Origin: an uncultured Gammaproteobacteria bacterium
Lineage (GTDB): Bacteria > Pseudomonadota > Gammaproteobacteria > Arenicellales > Poriferihabitantaceae
Reading direction: 5' to 3'
Assembly: GCA_947259885.1 (NCBI GenBank)
Contig: CAMYNW010000014.1
Coordinates: 993-64,992 of the forward strand
DNA: 64,000 nucleotides
This document shows, piece after piece, positions 9,969 through 19,602 of this stretch. Under the pieces are notes generated by a model. The model was given only the letters and a program-made list of their open reading frames with translations, searched no databases and was not told the DNA's origin. The position numbers were made by a program, and so were the translations under genes. Position 1 is the first letter of the stretch. Each line of letters begins with the position of its first letter.

Positions 9969-10330
9969 TGGTTCGGTTTTAGGTCAAACACTTAAAGGAG
10001 ATGACGAAGCACGAGCGAATCTTATACCACTAGCCCACTGTTAAAGAGATTGAGCAGACGACCATTCCTGCGCGATTCGAGTTGTAAGTAAAGCTTTATG
10101 GATCACGGATTGCGGTCTACACGGAAGATCAATGTATTATCTACCGCCAGCTCGACCAAGCGACGGGCAGTCTCGCCAACACAATCTTGCGACAAAGCGG
10201 TCGCTAAGCCCAACCTAACCTAACCGCACCGGATTTGGTGGCCACATCCCATTGGGTCAGAGTCGAAATAAGTAAATATCGTCGAGCGAAATAGAATTTA
10301 CCCAGTTGAACTAGTGATCTATTTAAGCCT

Positions 10331-10783
10331 TCAGTCAAATGAATCGCTTTCCAGGGTTTGCTGTTCCATAATCTCCATCAGGTTAACCGCGACATCGACA
10401 AAATCAGAGTCGGTGATAATTCCAACCAGGCCTCCCTCTTTCGTGACCGGCAGACAACCGTGTTTGGTGTCCAAAAGGTGAAGTGCAGCCGAACGCAGGC
10501 TATCATTTTCGTCAACCGTTGCTACTGGTGCGGTCATCACTTCCCTGACTCGGTGTTGCTTTTCTAGTGCTGTCCGTGAATCCTCACTTTGTTCATGTAG
10601 ACTGGACTCAGACGCTGCTAACACATCACTGAAGGTGATTACCCCCACGGGTATGTTGTTCTTATCGACAACAGGAATGTGACGGACATCGTGCTTCTGC
10701 ATCAGCAGTCGGGCATTGTAAACAGTTTCCTTGGGACTAATCGTATACGGTTCGGTAGTCATGATTTCCTCAATCGTCATCAT
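10331..10783 (-). CDS. CBS-domain pair protein (AcuB-like)
   Basis: Two CBS repeats: IMT..P..RHIPVV..VGVIT and VMT.P..GCLPV..LVGIITDSD. ATG at 10783 with AAGGAG SD. Confidence 0.85.
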   Translation of the reverse strand: MMTIEEIMTTEPYTISPKETVYNARLLMQKHDVRHIPVVDKNNIPVGVITFSDVLAASESSLHEQSEDSRTALEKQHRVREVMTAPVATVDENDSLRSAALHLLDTKHGCLPVTKEGGLVGIITDSDFVDVAVNLMEIMEQQTLESDSFD

Positions 10784-11285
10784 GTCAGCTGTCTCCTTAT
10801 TTTCAAATCTTAATAGGGCTACTGTATCTGAATGTGTTGAAGATGTCTGCGCTGTAAACAATCGGAAATTCCAAACCGTCCAGCGGGCTTTCTTGCTCAA
10901 GCTTTAAATGCTTTAGAGCCGGAGACCCTTTACCACCGTGGTCTGTAAATGTCGGGTCATCTCCAAGCCAACGCACAGTAAATTATCGATACCATTTAAC
11001 TTGGACTAAAAATTTTAAACCTTCTGTTTTCGGGGCATAATGACAAAATATATTGCCAATTGTCGTCAATAATTTCCGCTCGATGTTCTGTTACGAAATG
11101 GAACCGTTTTATGAAAGTCAGGATTTCACTGGTTTTCCCGCTAAAAGCTGAAAATATGCTTTCTAAAGCTATCACTGGCATGCTTTTTGCTGGTTATATA
11201 AGGAAGATTAGACGTGTGGAGGTGAAAGGCGCACTTGTTATCCGAATTGCTCCACTGTGTAATGAAGTTGCGCCTGTACTTTAAA

Positions 11286-12791
11286 ATGAATACGAAATCT
11301 ACGATTGCTTGGCGATCAATTGTGATTGGACTACTAGCGGTAACTGCGCCGTTAAGTATTCACTGGTATGAAAAATGGCGACAGGTGGATACCGAAACCA
11401 TGCTCAATGTATCCGTGTCGATTAAAACTATCTCGTATGTGCAGGTAGACTCGGTCGGAGATTCGGTGTGGAGTACCGCAGGTGGCTCCGGAATTTTAAT
11501 CTCCAATCAAGATTGCGAAGTTCTTACCAATCATCATGTGGTTGAAAATGCTGCACACATAGAGGTGTTTCCACGGCAATGGCCAAATACATCTGGAATT
11601 CCGGCAAAGGTAGTAAATTCTAATCCGCGAACAGATGTCGCGATTTTGCGCATTTCACGTTGCGATGGTTTGCCCCAGGCCTTGTTAGGCGACTCGGATT
11701 TCGTATCGCCCGGTGACGAAGTCTATGCAGTTGGAAATCCACTTGGCAAGAATCCCGATTCCATAAGTCGCGGAATTTTGTCACACACAGAACGATTCCA
11801 AAACGATGGATTACCCTACTTGCAAACCGATGCAAATATTAATCATGGGAACTCGGGTGGCGCGCTGTTCAATCGTAACGCAGAAGTCATTGGTGTAAAT
11901 ACCGGTATTCTGGCTACGTCAAGTGGCCAAAAATTTGGAATTGCTTACGCGCTTCCGATCAATTTAGTCAAATCTGAGGCCGGTAAACTTCGAACTGGTT
12001 CACCAAGCTGGGGCGATGCCGGTATTGACGATTTGGTCGCTGAACTGACGCCCGACGAGGCGTCTGTTTTTAATGTTCCCGATGGACGTGGGGCGATAAT
12101 CCTGACCAAATCGGCACAACAAGGACCCGGTCTAAATAAGCTATTTGCAAAAGATGTAGTGTATAAAATTAATAAGGTGAGCGTTAATAATCTAGATCAA
12201 GTAAAGCTGCTGATTAGTAGCCACAGTCCTGGTGATACTGTTAATTTCGAGTTGATCAGACAGGGTGAGACCTTTGACGTTGAGATCGAATTGATAGATG
12301 GCTGGAAGACCCAGCAAGCTCCGGGTGCCGATTACTATGAAGGACATTTGGGTTTGACTCTAGAAATGTGGGATACGAACAGTCTTGGTGGGCACTTCGA
12401 ATCCCCGGTCATTACAAACGTCAAAAGTCTTAGTCCATCTCATTTAGCCTATATCTCGAGTTCGCAAAAAACAGTGTTGAGCCGAGGCCCGGTCACTATT
12501 CCGATCCAGCTAAGTGTTAAATCTGTAACTGGAATTGTTATCGAAGGAAATTATTTTCCAATAACAGATGTCGCTGAATTGGAGAAACACGCGTATGAAG
12601 CTTATCAAGCAAACACCCCTCTTCTGCTTGAGATTGAAGCTTGGGGGAGAACTAATCCGATGAACTTTCAGGAGCCGTTGACTTTACAAAAAACATCCTT
12701 CCATAGGGTCATACCTGGGGTGGCCGCTGCATCAGCACCAGCGACACCAAGAATAATTGGCAGATTCGACGCGGTTGCAGTTAATCGCTAA
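11286..12791 (+). CDS. Trypsin-like serine protease with PDZ domain (HtrA/DegQ-like) and C-terminal extension
   Basis: Triad TNHHV, TDVA, GNSGG; AVGNPLG; LQTDA; N-terminal TM anchor; PDZ (DVVYKIN..PGDTV...IRQG). Likely ATG at 11286. Confidence 0.85.
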   Translation: MNTKSTIAWRSIVIGLLAVTAPLSIHWYEKWRQVDTETMLNVSVSIKTISYVQVDSVGDSVWSTAGGSGILISNQDCEVLTNHHVVENAAHIEVFPRQWPNTSGIPAKVVNSNPRTDVAILRISRCDGLPQALLGDSDFVSPGDEVYAVGNPLGKNPDSISRGILSHTERFQNDGLPYLQTDANINHGNSGGALFNRNAEVIGVNTGILATSSGQKFGIAYALPINLVKSEAGKLRTGSPSWGDAGIDDLVAELTPDEASVFNVPDGRGAIILTKSAQQGPGLNKLFAKDVVYKINKVSVNNLDQVKLLISSHSPGDTVNFELIRQGETFDVEIELIDGWKTQQAPGADYYEGHLGLTLEMWDTNSLGGHFESPVITNVKSLSPSHLAYISSSQKTVLSRGPVTIPIQLSVKSVTGIVIEGNYFPITDVAELEKHAYEAYQANTPLLLEIEAWGRTNPMNFQEPLTLQKTSFHRVIPGVAAASAPATPRIIGRFDAVAVNR

Positions 12792-13037
12792 TTTTTAATC
12801 TAAGTTAATATTCTTCGATTCACCCCGAGTATAAACAGCGGACGAAATATTGTTGGTTTGCGCTCGATTGTGAGGAACGGACAGGTCCGCATGTAGATTC
12901 AAAGGGATACTAATGGCCTCGCAACGAGAAGTTCGCAAGAGAGTTGCGTCTAATAAATAAGTGCTTGATTGTTCCCGTTAGATTTCAGGATGATATACTC
13001 ATTTAACCGAAATAAGTTCTGAAGACGGAGCATCGCG

Positions 13038-13271
13038 ATGAAAATCTCCAGCCACTCCAAGGAAATTCTAATCAACCAATGGGGATTGGATGGCAGCGAG
13101 ATGGAAGTCAATCAGTTTGCTTTTGATCATAAGGATACTCATGGTCTGCGGCTCGATGAAGCTGAGTTTTTGACGCGCCACCAAGGGGCGTTTATTCGCG
13201 AACCTTTGTTGATGGATGCCGCCTCGATTGGTGTTATCAAGCAATTAAACAACGCTCTCCATAAATTATGA
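13038..13271 (+). CDS. Hypothetical 77-aa protein
   Basis: GGAG SD upstream of the ATG; ends 36 nt before fumC; no family recognised. Confidence 0.55.
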   Translation: MKISSHSKEILINQWGLDGSEMEVNQFAFDHKDTHGLRLDEAEFLTRHQGAFIREPLLMDAASIGVIKQLNNALHKL

Positions 13272-13307
13272 TCGGAGAGAATACATTTTTCCAAAACGGT
13301 AGTAGAT

Positions 13308-14702
13308 GTGACTGATTATCGCGTTGAATCTGATTCGTTCGGCAAACTAAATGTACCTGCCGACCGATACTGGGGTGCCCAGACACAGCGGTCACTCGGT
13401 AATTTTAAAATTGGTGGCGAGCGCATTCCTCCTTCCTTGATTCGGGCCCTCGGGATCGTAAAGCGCTGCGCAGCGGCGGTCAATATGGCGCAGGGGATCC
13501 TTGACAAAGAGATCGGCGTCGCGATTGCAGACGCCGCTCAGGATGTGATTAATGGGGAGCTCAACGATCACTTCCCTTTGGTTGTGTGGCAGACCGGATC
13601 GGGCACCCAATCAAATATGAATGCTAACGAGGTGATTTCTAACCTTGCGATTAAACGACTGGGTGGTGAGATGGGGTCCAAGACACCCGTCCACCCAAAT
13701 GATCATTGCAATCTTAGTCAATCGTCTAACGACACTTTCCCAACCGCGATGCATGTCGCGACAGTGGAACAACTCCATCAAACATTAATCCCGTCCCTGA
13801 AAAATTTGCAGGCCGCCTTGCATGAAAAGTCACGTATCTGGAAAGACGTAGTTAAGATTGGCCGCACACACTTGCAGGATGCGACACCGCTGACCCTGGG
13901 ACAGGAGTTCTCGGGGTATGCAGCCCAGGTCGCATTAGGGGTGGAGCGGATTAAGACCGCTCTACCGAGGCTGTATTCATTAGCTCAAGGTGGAACAGCT
14001 GTGGGCACTGGTGTGAATTCAGTGAAGGGTTTTGATCAGTTGTTTGCCAGTGAAGTAGCTAAATTGACAGGTTTGCCATTTGTGACGGCGGAAAATAAAT
14101 TTGAATCTCTAGCTGCTCATGATGCCATGGTCGAAATTTCTGGGGTGTTGAATACGGTTGCCGTGAGTTTGAACAAAATTGCCAACGACATTCGTTTGCT
14201 TGGTTCCGGTCCCCGCTCAGGAATTGGAGAATTGCAATTACCGGAAAACGAACCTGGATCATCTATTATGCCTGGCAAGGTGAATCCGACACAGTGCGAG
14301 GCGCTGACAATGGTGTGTGCCCAGGTAATGGGCAATCACACTACAGTTACTGTTGCAGGTGCACAAGGGCACTTTGAATTGAACGTTTTTAAACCGGTCA
14401 TTGCTTATAACGTCCTGCAATCTATTAGATTGCTTAGCGAATCGGCGGTGAGTTTTAACGAGAAATGTGTGGCTGGAATTCAATACGATGAGGATCGTAT
14501 AACTGAGTTGGTTGGTAATTCATTGATGTTAGTAACTGCGTTAGTGCCGCATATTGGTTACGACAATGCCACAACCATAGCTAAGAGTGCGCATCGAAAT
14601 GGGACTACGCTGCGCCAGGAGGCAATTAAAGGAGGTTATGTTACTGCGGAAGAATTTGACAAGATTGTACGCCCGGAAAAAATGACCAGGCCGAGATCCT
14701 GA
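13308..14702 (+). CDS. fumC: Class II fumarate hydratase
   Basis: [52 protein letters not shown]. Confidence 0.97.
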   Translation: MTDYRVESDSFGKLNVPADRYWGAQTQRSLGNFKIGGERIPPSLIRALGIVKRCAAAVNMAQGILDKEIGVAIADAAQDVINGELNDHFPLVVWQTGSGTQSNMNANEVISNLAIKRLGGEMGSKTPVHPNDHCNLSQSSNDTFPTAMHVATVEQLHQTLIPSLKNLQAALHEKSRIWKDVVKIGRTHLQDATPLTLGQEFSGYAAQVALGVERIKTALPRLYSLAQGGTAVGTGVNSVKGFDQLFASEVAKLTGLPFVTAENKFESLAAHDAMVEISGVLNTVAVSLNKIANDIRLLGSGPRSGIGELQLPENEPGSSIMPGKVNPTQCEALTMVCAQVMGNHTTVTVAGAQGHFELNVFKPVIAYNVLQSIRLLSESAVSFNEKCVAGIQYDEDRITELVGNSLMLVTALVPHIGYDNATTIAKSAHRNGTTLRQEAIKGGYVTAEEFDKIVRPEKMTRPRS

Positions 14703-14742
14703 TCGAGATTGGAGAGGGAAGTTAATTCGTTTTATTGTATCT

Positions 14743-15567
14743 CTAACCTTGATAGGCAGAAACCACAGTGAGATGATCGATTATCGAATTAACGCCTGAT
14801 ATACCCTTTAATTCCTGATAAAGCGCTTGACCTATTTTGCGATTCTCAATTAGGCCGGTTAAGACTAACTCCCCATCACCAAACGAAATGTCGACATTTC
14901 TGACCGATATCGCAAGATCTTCTTTGCTGGCGATGGCATTGCGAACACGGTGTTCAACGATCAGATCGGAAAGAATCTGTTGTGAACTTGTCGTTTTCTC
15001 AAAGGCGGTACTTCCCGCAAGTGCGACGACCTGTCTTACACAGTCGCTGACCGGCACGCGTTCGGTGTTCATCACTAGATCGTAATTCAGAGGGCCTTGC
15101 CAGTCGCTTTTCAGGAGACCATGTACTGCACGCGTGTGTGCGGCATCATTGCGTTCTATCTCTCGCCGCACATCTTGTTCGTTCTCCAAACCGAGTCGAT
15201 CTTGCATGACCCGCACGCGGAACGACATGGGCGCACAAACCCGTACTCTCAAAATATGCGGAACGGAACGCAAAAGTACTATTGCCCCCCAGCCGCGAAT
15301 CACCGCCTTGTCTTCGAGAGCGATATCGTAAATCTCTTCGGCGGTGTAATGTGAGAGCTGATCCTTGTCGATTTTCAATCGATCCGATAGTGCAGGCTTG
15401 CCTTCTAGGAAACGATTCACATCACTTTCACCCAGCTTCATCCGATCTGCTATATCACGCTCAATGACCTCATGATAGACAACCTGTAAACCCAGAGTTT
15501 CTGCCACACCAGATGCGACGTCCTTGCCCAGCGAACCCATTTCCCTGGTCATTGTAATAACTGTCAT
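14743..15567 (-). CDS. Cytidylate-kinase-like protein fused to a C-terminal BON domain
   Basis: VITMTREMGSLG P-loop, GWG, RVRVCAP, YDLVMNT; BON-like C-terminus (G.LVLTG...GVNSIIDHL). ATG 15567 with AAGGAG SD. Confidence 0.8.
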   Translation of the reverse strand: MTVITMTREMGSLGKDVASGVAETLGLQVVYHEVIERDIADRMKLGESDVNRFLEGKPALSDRLKIDKDQLSHYTAEEIYDIALEDKAVIRGWGAIVLLRSVPHILRVRVCAPMSFRVRVMQDRLGLENEQDVRREIERNDAAHTRAVHGLLKSDWQGPLNYDLVMNTERVPVSDCVRQVVALAGSTAFEKTTSSQQILSDLIVEHRVRNAIASKEDLAISVRNVDISFGDGELVLTGLIENRKIGQALYQELKGISGVNSIIDHLTVVSAYQG

Positions 15568-16020
15568 CGGTAACTCCTTACACTCTAGTACCAAGAGTAT
15601 ACAACTCTATCGCGCTATCGTCGTATCCATATGGAGTAATGTTTAACAAACACGCGGCAGCCCTTTAAATGTGCAAAACATCAAGCACCCTCATGGAAAT
15701 GTTCACGATTCGAGGTATTATTATTTTTTTTCTGTCTCAAGCCTTTACGCATTATTATGCACGGCAACGGGGTAGCTGAGACTTAACTGGAATCTATATG
15801 CAGGTGAAACGGCCATTTAAAATTACTTTTACCGACCAACGGCGGCATAACATCCGCAACCCTGACACATATATTTGATGACCGGTGTCAATAACAAAAT
15901 GGTCAGCATGCCCTATAAATTGGTTACGCTGGACAGTATTAAAATTTGTTATACAGTGCGTACCCTGCTCTTTTCTATTTACTTCGAATCATTTTCGATT
16001 GGCGCACATATAAAATTCCC

Positions 16021-16998
16021 ATGAAAGCGATAGTGTTTACCCAATATGGTTCGCCGGATAATCTTGAACTAAGGGAGGTCCCAGATCCTGTTCCGAAGGA
16101 CAATGAATTATTGGTACGTGTTCATGCTTCGTCGATCAATTCCTGGGACTGGGAATTTCTCAACGGTGTGCCGTTTATAAATCGGCTTTTGAATGGACTC
16201 CTAAAGCCCAAACCAGGGAAGCAAATACTCGGCGCTGACATTGCGGGGACGGTTGAAGCTGCCGGTAAGCAGGTCACACGATTCAAGCCAGGAGACAAAG
16301 TGTTTGGGGATCTTTGGGACAATTGGGGTGGTTTTGCTGAATTTGCCTGCGCCAATGAAACCGCCCTGGAGCAGATGCCTGCAAATTCGACATTTGAAGA
16401 AGCGGCTACTGTGCCTCAAGCGGGTGTTTTGGCTTTGCAAGGTCTTCGCAAATCTGGAAATCTAAAACCGGGACAGAAGGTATTGATCAATGGTGCTGGT
16501 GGTGGTGTCGGCACTTTTGCGGTTCAGCTTGCCAAACTTTCTGGAACTGAAGTAACAGGTGTGGATGCCTCGTATAAGCTGGAGGTTATTCGCTCTCTAG
16601 GCGCAGACCATGTTATCGATTTTACGCAACAAGATTTCACAAAAACCGGAGAGCGCTACGACCTGATTGTCGATTGTCAGAATTTTCGGTCCATGCTCGA
16701 CAATAAGCGCACATTAAAGCCAGGAGGAACCTACGCCATGATTGGAGGTTCCATTCCACGAGTCTACCAACTTTGGCTGCTAAATTTCGCTGCACTATTT
16801 ATCCGTGAGGACCGAAAACTTTGCTTGGTGGCTGAGGGGCCAAATAAAGGATTGAAAGACCTTAAGGATCTAATTGAAGCCAGTAAGCTTATCCCCACGA
16901 TTGACAGGACCTACCAATTGAATGAAGTGCCGGAAGCGTTACGTTATTTTGGCGAGGGGCGCCACAAAGGGAAAATAGTGATCAAATTAAAAAATTAG
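16021..16998 (+). CDS. MDR-family NAD(P)-dependent oxidoreductase (zinc-independent, quinone-reductase-like)
   Basis: MKAIV..YGSP, G.DIAG.V, GGFAEF, VLINGAGGGVG, KGKIVI. ATG at 16021. Confidence 0.88.
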   Translation: MKAIVFTQYGSPDNLELREVPDPVPKDNELLVRVHASSINSWDWEFLNGVPFINRLLNGLLKPKPGKQILGADIAGTVEAAGKQVTRFKPGDKVFGDLWDNWGGFAEFACANETALEQMPANSTFEEAATVPQAGVLALQGLRKSGNLKPGQKVLINGAGGGVGTFAVQLAKLSGTEVTGVDASYKLEVIRSLGADHVIDFTQQDFTKTGERYDLIVDCQNFRSMLDNKRTLKPGGTYAMIGGSIPRVYQLWLLNFAALFIREDRKLCLVAEGPNKGLKDLKDLIEASKLIPTIDRTYQLNEVPEALRYFGEGRHKGKIVIKLKN

Positions 16999-17034
16999 AT
17001 ATTCTTCCTGGGCCGCCTCCTCTCTTCAGTCTAT

Positions 17035-17535
17035 TCATGATCTAAAATCAAGGACTCTTAGAATAAAAGAAACGATGTATATAATCATTGCAGCACCAAT
17101 CGCGAAAATCAATCCTACTATCCAAAACCAAGGATCTGAGACTATATCTTGAACGGTCAGCGTCTGGTTAGATGACCATTTCCTAGGATTTGTTATAAAG
17201 AAGATAAGCATTCCTGCTAAAACTATCAATATGTAGATTGTTAGATAACTCATCAATCTCGATGCACTAATTTTTTGTTTCGATGATCTAGTCTCCACAG
17301 GTTTGTGCAATGAGCTTTTTCCTTTCGTCCTGTGAATCGCGTGCGGAGGGATTTCCAAGGGTTGAGGTGGTGAGAGCCGACTATTTGTAGATGGATAGTC
17401 AAGCGGCGAAAGGTAACCATTCGAAGATTCACGATCAAGGGGCGCAAGAAATTCGTCCGCAAGAGACGTCCCGCAACGCGGACAGTAGTTATACTCGTCT
17501 TTATACTTTCGGCCGCAGTCAGTGCAATAGCGCAT
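17035..17535 (-). CDS. Zinc-ribbon domain membrane protein
   Basis: N-terminal CTDCG...CPRCG, low-complexity linker, two C-terminal hydrophobic helices. Confidence 0.7.
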   Translation of the reverse strand: MRYCTDCGRKYKDEYNYCPRCGTSLADEFLAPLDRESSNGYLSPLDYPSTNSRLSPPQPLEIPPHAIHRTKGKSSLHKPVETRSSKQKISASRLMSYLTIYILIVLAGMLIFFITNPRKWSSNQTLTVQDIVSDPWFWIVGLIFAIGAAMIIYIVSFILRVLDFRS

Positions 17536-17775
17536 GGAGTTAATTTAGATGACGTAATACAGTGTTGATAGCAGATTTAACCATTATGCCGAGTTTAGTA
17601 CCAACCTTGGTACAGTCGGTATCGGTGCAACTCGAGTCATTCAATTCGGCTCAAAACTATGCATCGCCGGTCTATTACTCCCCTGCCCCATCCAGATAGG
17701 GTATTTGTAACATCTAGTTAAACCGGTATGATCGCTTTTCAACCTAAAATCAACTTTCTTCGTTTGGAGTTAATA

Positions 17776-18465
17776 ATGAATAGACTGATATCAGCTTTGC
17801 TGTTATTGAACATAGTGAGCGTTTCCCTGCCAGCCTATGCAGACAACGTGTCTAAGACCCGTGAACTTGTCGATAATGCGACTGCTTCGGTCAAGAATTT
17901 TACCTCAGATCCTGATATGACATACTTACGCAGACATCTTGGGGCTGCAGAAGGACTGTTGATTATTCCTTCCATGGTCAAGGGAGCGTTTATCGTAGGT
18001 GGGTCTGGTGGAAGTGGAGTTTTACTGGCAAAAGGTAAAAACAAGCAATGGAGCAGCCCGGCGTTCTACACTATGGGCTCCGGCAGCATTGGGTTTCAGT
18101 GGGGTGGCGAGGTGTCTGAAATCATTTTGATGGTCATGACACAAAACGGAATGGACCATCTTATGAGCTCCTCTTTCAAGCTGGGCGCTGATGCAAGCGT
18201 GGCAGCCGGGCCGACTGGAGTGGGCTCTAAGGCACAGACTGCGGACATCCTGGCCTACTCCAGAACTAAGGGTGTGTATGCTGGTTTTAGTTTAGAGGGT
18301 GCGGTCGTTAGTGTTCGTCCTGAATATAATACCGCCTATTATGGCAAGGCGGTTCGTCCGCTTGAAATTCTAGCCACTCGCAGCGTTAGCAGTCCGCACG
18401 CAGACAAATTGCGACAATCGGTGGCTGATATGATTGCGGATGCTAGTAAGCAGAGTTCACAGTAG
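17776..18465 (+). CDS. SYLF/Ysc84 lipid-binding domain exported protein
   Basis: Signal peptide; KGAFIVGGSGGSG, WSSPAF, GSIGFQWG, ADASVAAGP, G.YAG.SLEG. ATG 17776 with GGAG SD. Confidence 0.88.
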   Translation: MNRLISALLLLNIVSVSLPAYADNVSKTRELVDNATASVKNFTSDPDMTYLRRHLGAAEGLLIIPSMVKGAFIVGGSGGSGVLLAKGKNKQWSSPAFYTMGSGSIGFQWGGEVSEIILMVMTQNGMDHLMSSSFKLGADASVAAGPTGVGSKAQTADILAYSRTKGVYAGFSLEGAVVSVRPEYNTAYYGKAVRPLEILATRSVSSPHADKLRQSVADMIADASKQSSQ

Positions 18466-18541
18466 AAGTATTAATTAAGTGACTGATTAAAATATAAAAA
18501 CATATTTAGGAAAACAAATAAGTCATCTTAGAAACTTCTTA

Positions 18542-19210
18542 ATGCCGTCCCTCGTTCTTGTCATACTGGCCTTTTTTCTATCTGGCTGCAGCGGCTACGA
18601 AATTAAGAATCTCGCCAAGTCTGACACAGATTTGGTGGCGGACAAGTTTGTCAACGAAACTCGTCATCTGGTCAAAGAGCTGACCGTCAAGCTTTATAAA
18701 CGCAACCCGGATCAGCTCAGGAAAACGCCGGGAATCACCGCCGAAAAGCGGTTTAATCAGCTCACCAGTCAACCTGGTCCGTTAGTTTTTTCCGAACTTG
18801 GAAATAGGCAGAGCATCGCCGCGCTTGAGTTGGTTTTTTCTCCTGAATATAAAGGTGATCGGGTATTCGCCCTGGTTGTGGGTCTCGGCGATATGCTCCG
18901 CTCGGCTTACGGTTATCACGAAGAATTTTTCATGTTTGACCGCCTCAATGCAGATGTACTGCTGACCAGTGCACGAAATATAGAAATTTTACTATGGCGA
19001 CTTAAAAACAATCGCAAACCGGACGGCTCTCCTTGGCTAATTACCAGTGAGTACCAAGGTGTTACCGACAATCTGAGTTTCGAAAGACTATTTGGAAAAT
19101 TAATTGTCTTGCAGGAAATGATGGCAACGATTACCGACGATTCGGTTAATCGACGCGTCACAGGTACGGTGCATGCGGTGTCTTCCGTGTTTATACCGCT
19201 GCCAATTTAG
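18542..19210 (+). CDS. Hypothetical lipoprotein
   Basis: Lipobox LSGC after a hydrophobic signal; globular body (KLYKRNP, ARNIE, NLSFERLFGK). Confidence 0.7.
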   Translation: MPSLVLVILAFFLSGCSGYEIKNLAKSDTDLVADKFVNETRHLVKELTVKLYKRNPDQLRKTPGITAEKRFNQLTSQPGPLVFSELGNRQSIAALELVFSPEYKGDRVFALVVGLGDMLRSAYGYHEEFFMFDRLNADVLLTSARNIEILLWRLKNNRKPDGSPWLITSEYQGVTDNLSFERLFGKLIVLQEMMATITDDSVNRRVTGTVHAVSSVFIPLPI

Positions 19211-19310
19211 ATACATAACGAACATTCGCCCGTTTCATATCGAGTACTGTCGTGCTCACTCAGTACGTGAGGTGATATGATAAACATTAATCGTCATCAG
19301 TTTCAGGCGT

Positions 19311-19583
19311 ATGGCTATCGTTAACTTCACGCAAAATCTCAAGCGACACGTTAACTGTCCCGAGACGGTCTCTGAGGGAACAACCGTTGCGGAGGTTCTT
19401 GGTAAGGTGTTTGAGCAAGAGCCCTTTCTAGAGGGTTACATCGTTGACGAGCAGGGAGCGCTTCGTAAACATATGGTGATTTTTATCGACGGTATTGCAC
19501 TGAAAGATAGAGCTAAACTAAGTGATCCGATACCTCGAGAAGACAGCGAGATTTTTGTCATGCAGGCGCTGTCTGGGGGCTGA
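19311..19583 (+). CDS. MoaD/ThiS-family ubiquitin-like protein
   Basis: 90 aa; GTTVAEVL, IVDEQGALRKHM.IFIDG, C-terminal QALSGG di-glycine. Confidence 0.9.
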   Translation: MAIVNFTQNLKRHVNCPETVSEGTTVAEVLGKVFEQEPFLEGYIVDEQGALRKHMVIFIDGIALKDRAKLSDPIPREDSEIFVMQALSGG

Positions 19584-19602
19584 GCAATCTGGGGAAATTA
19601 TT

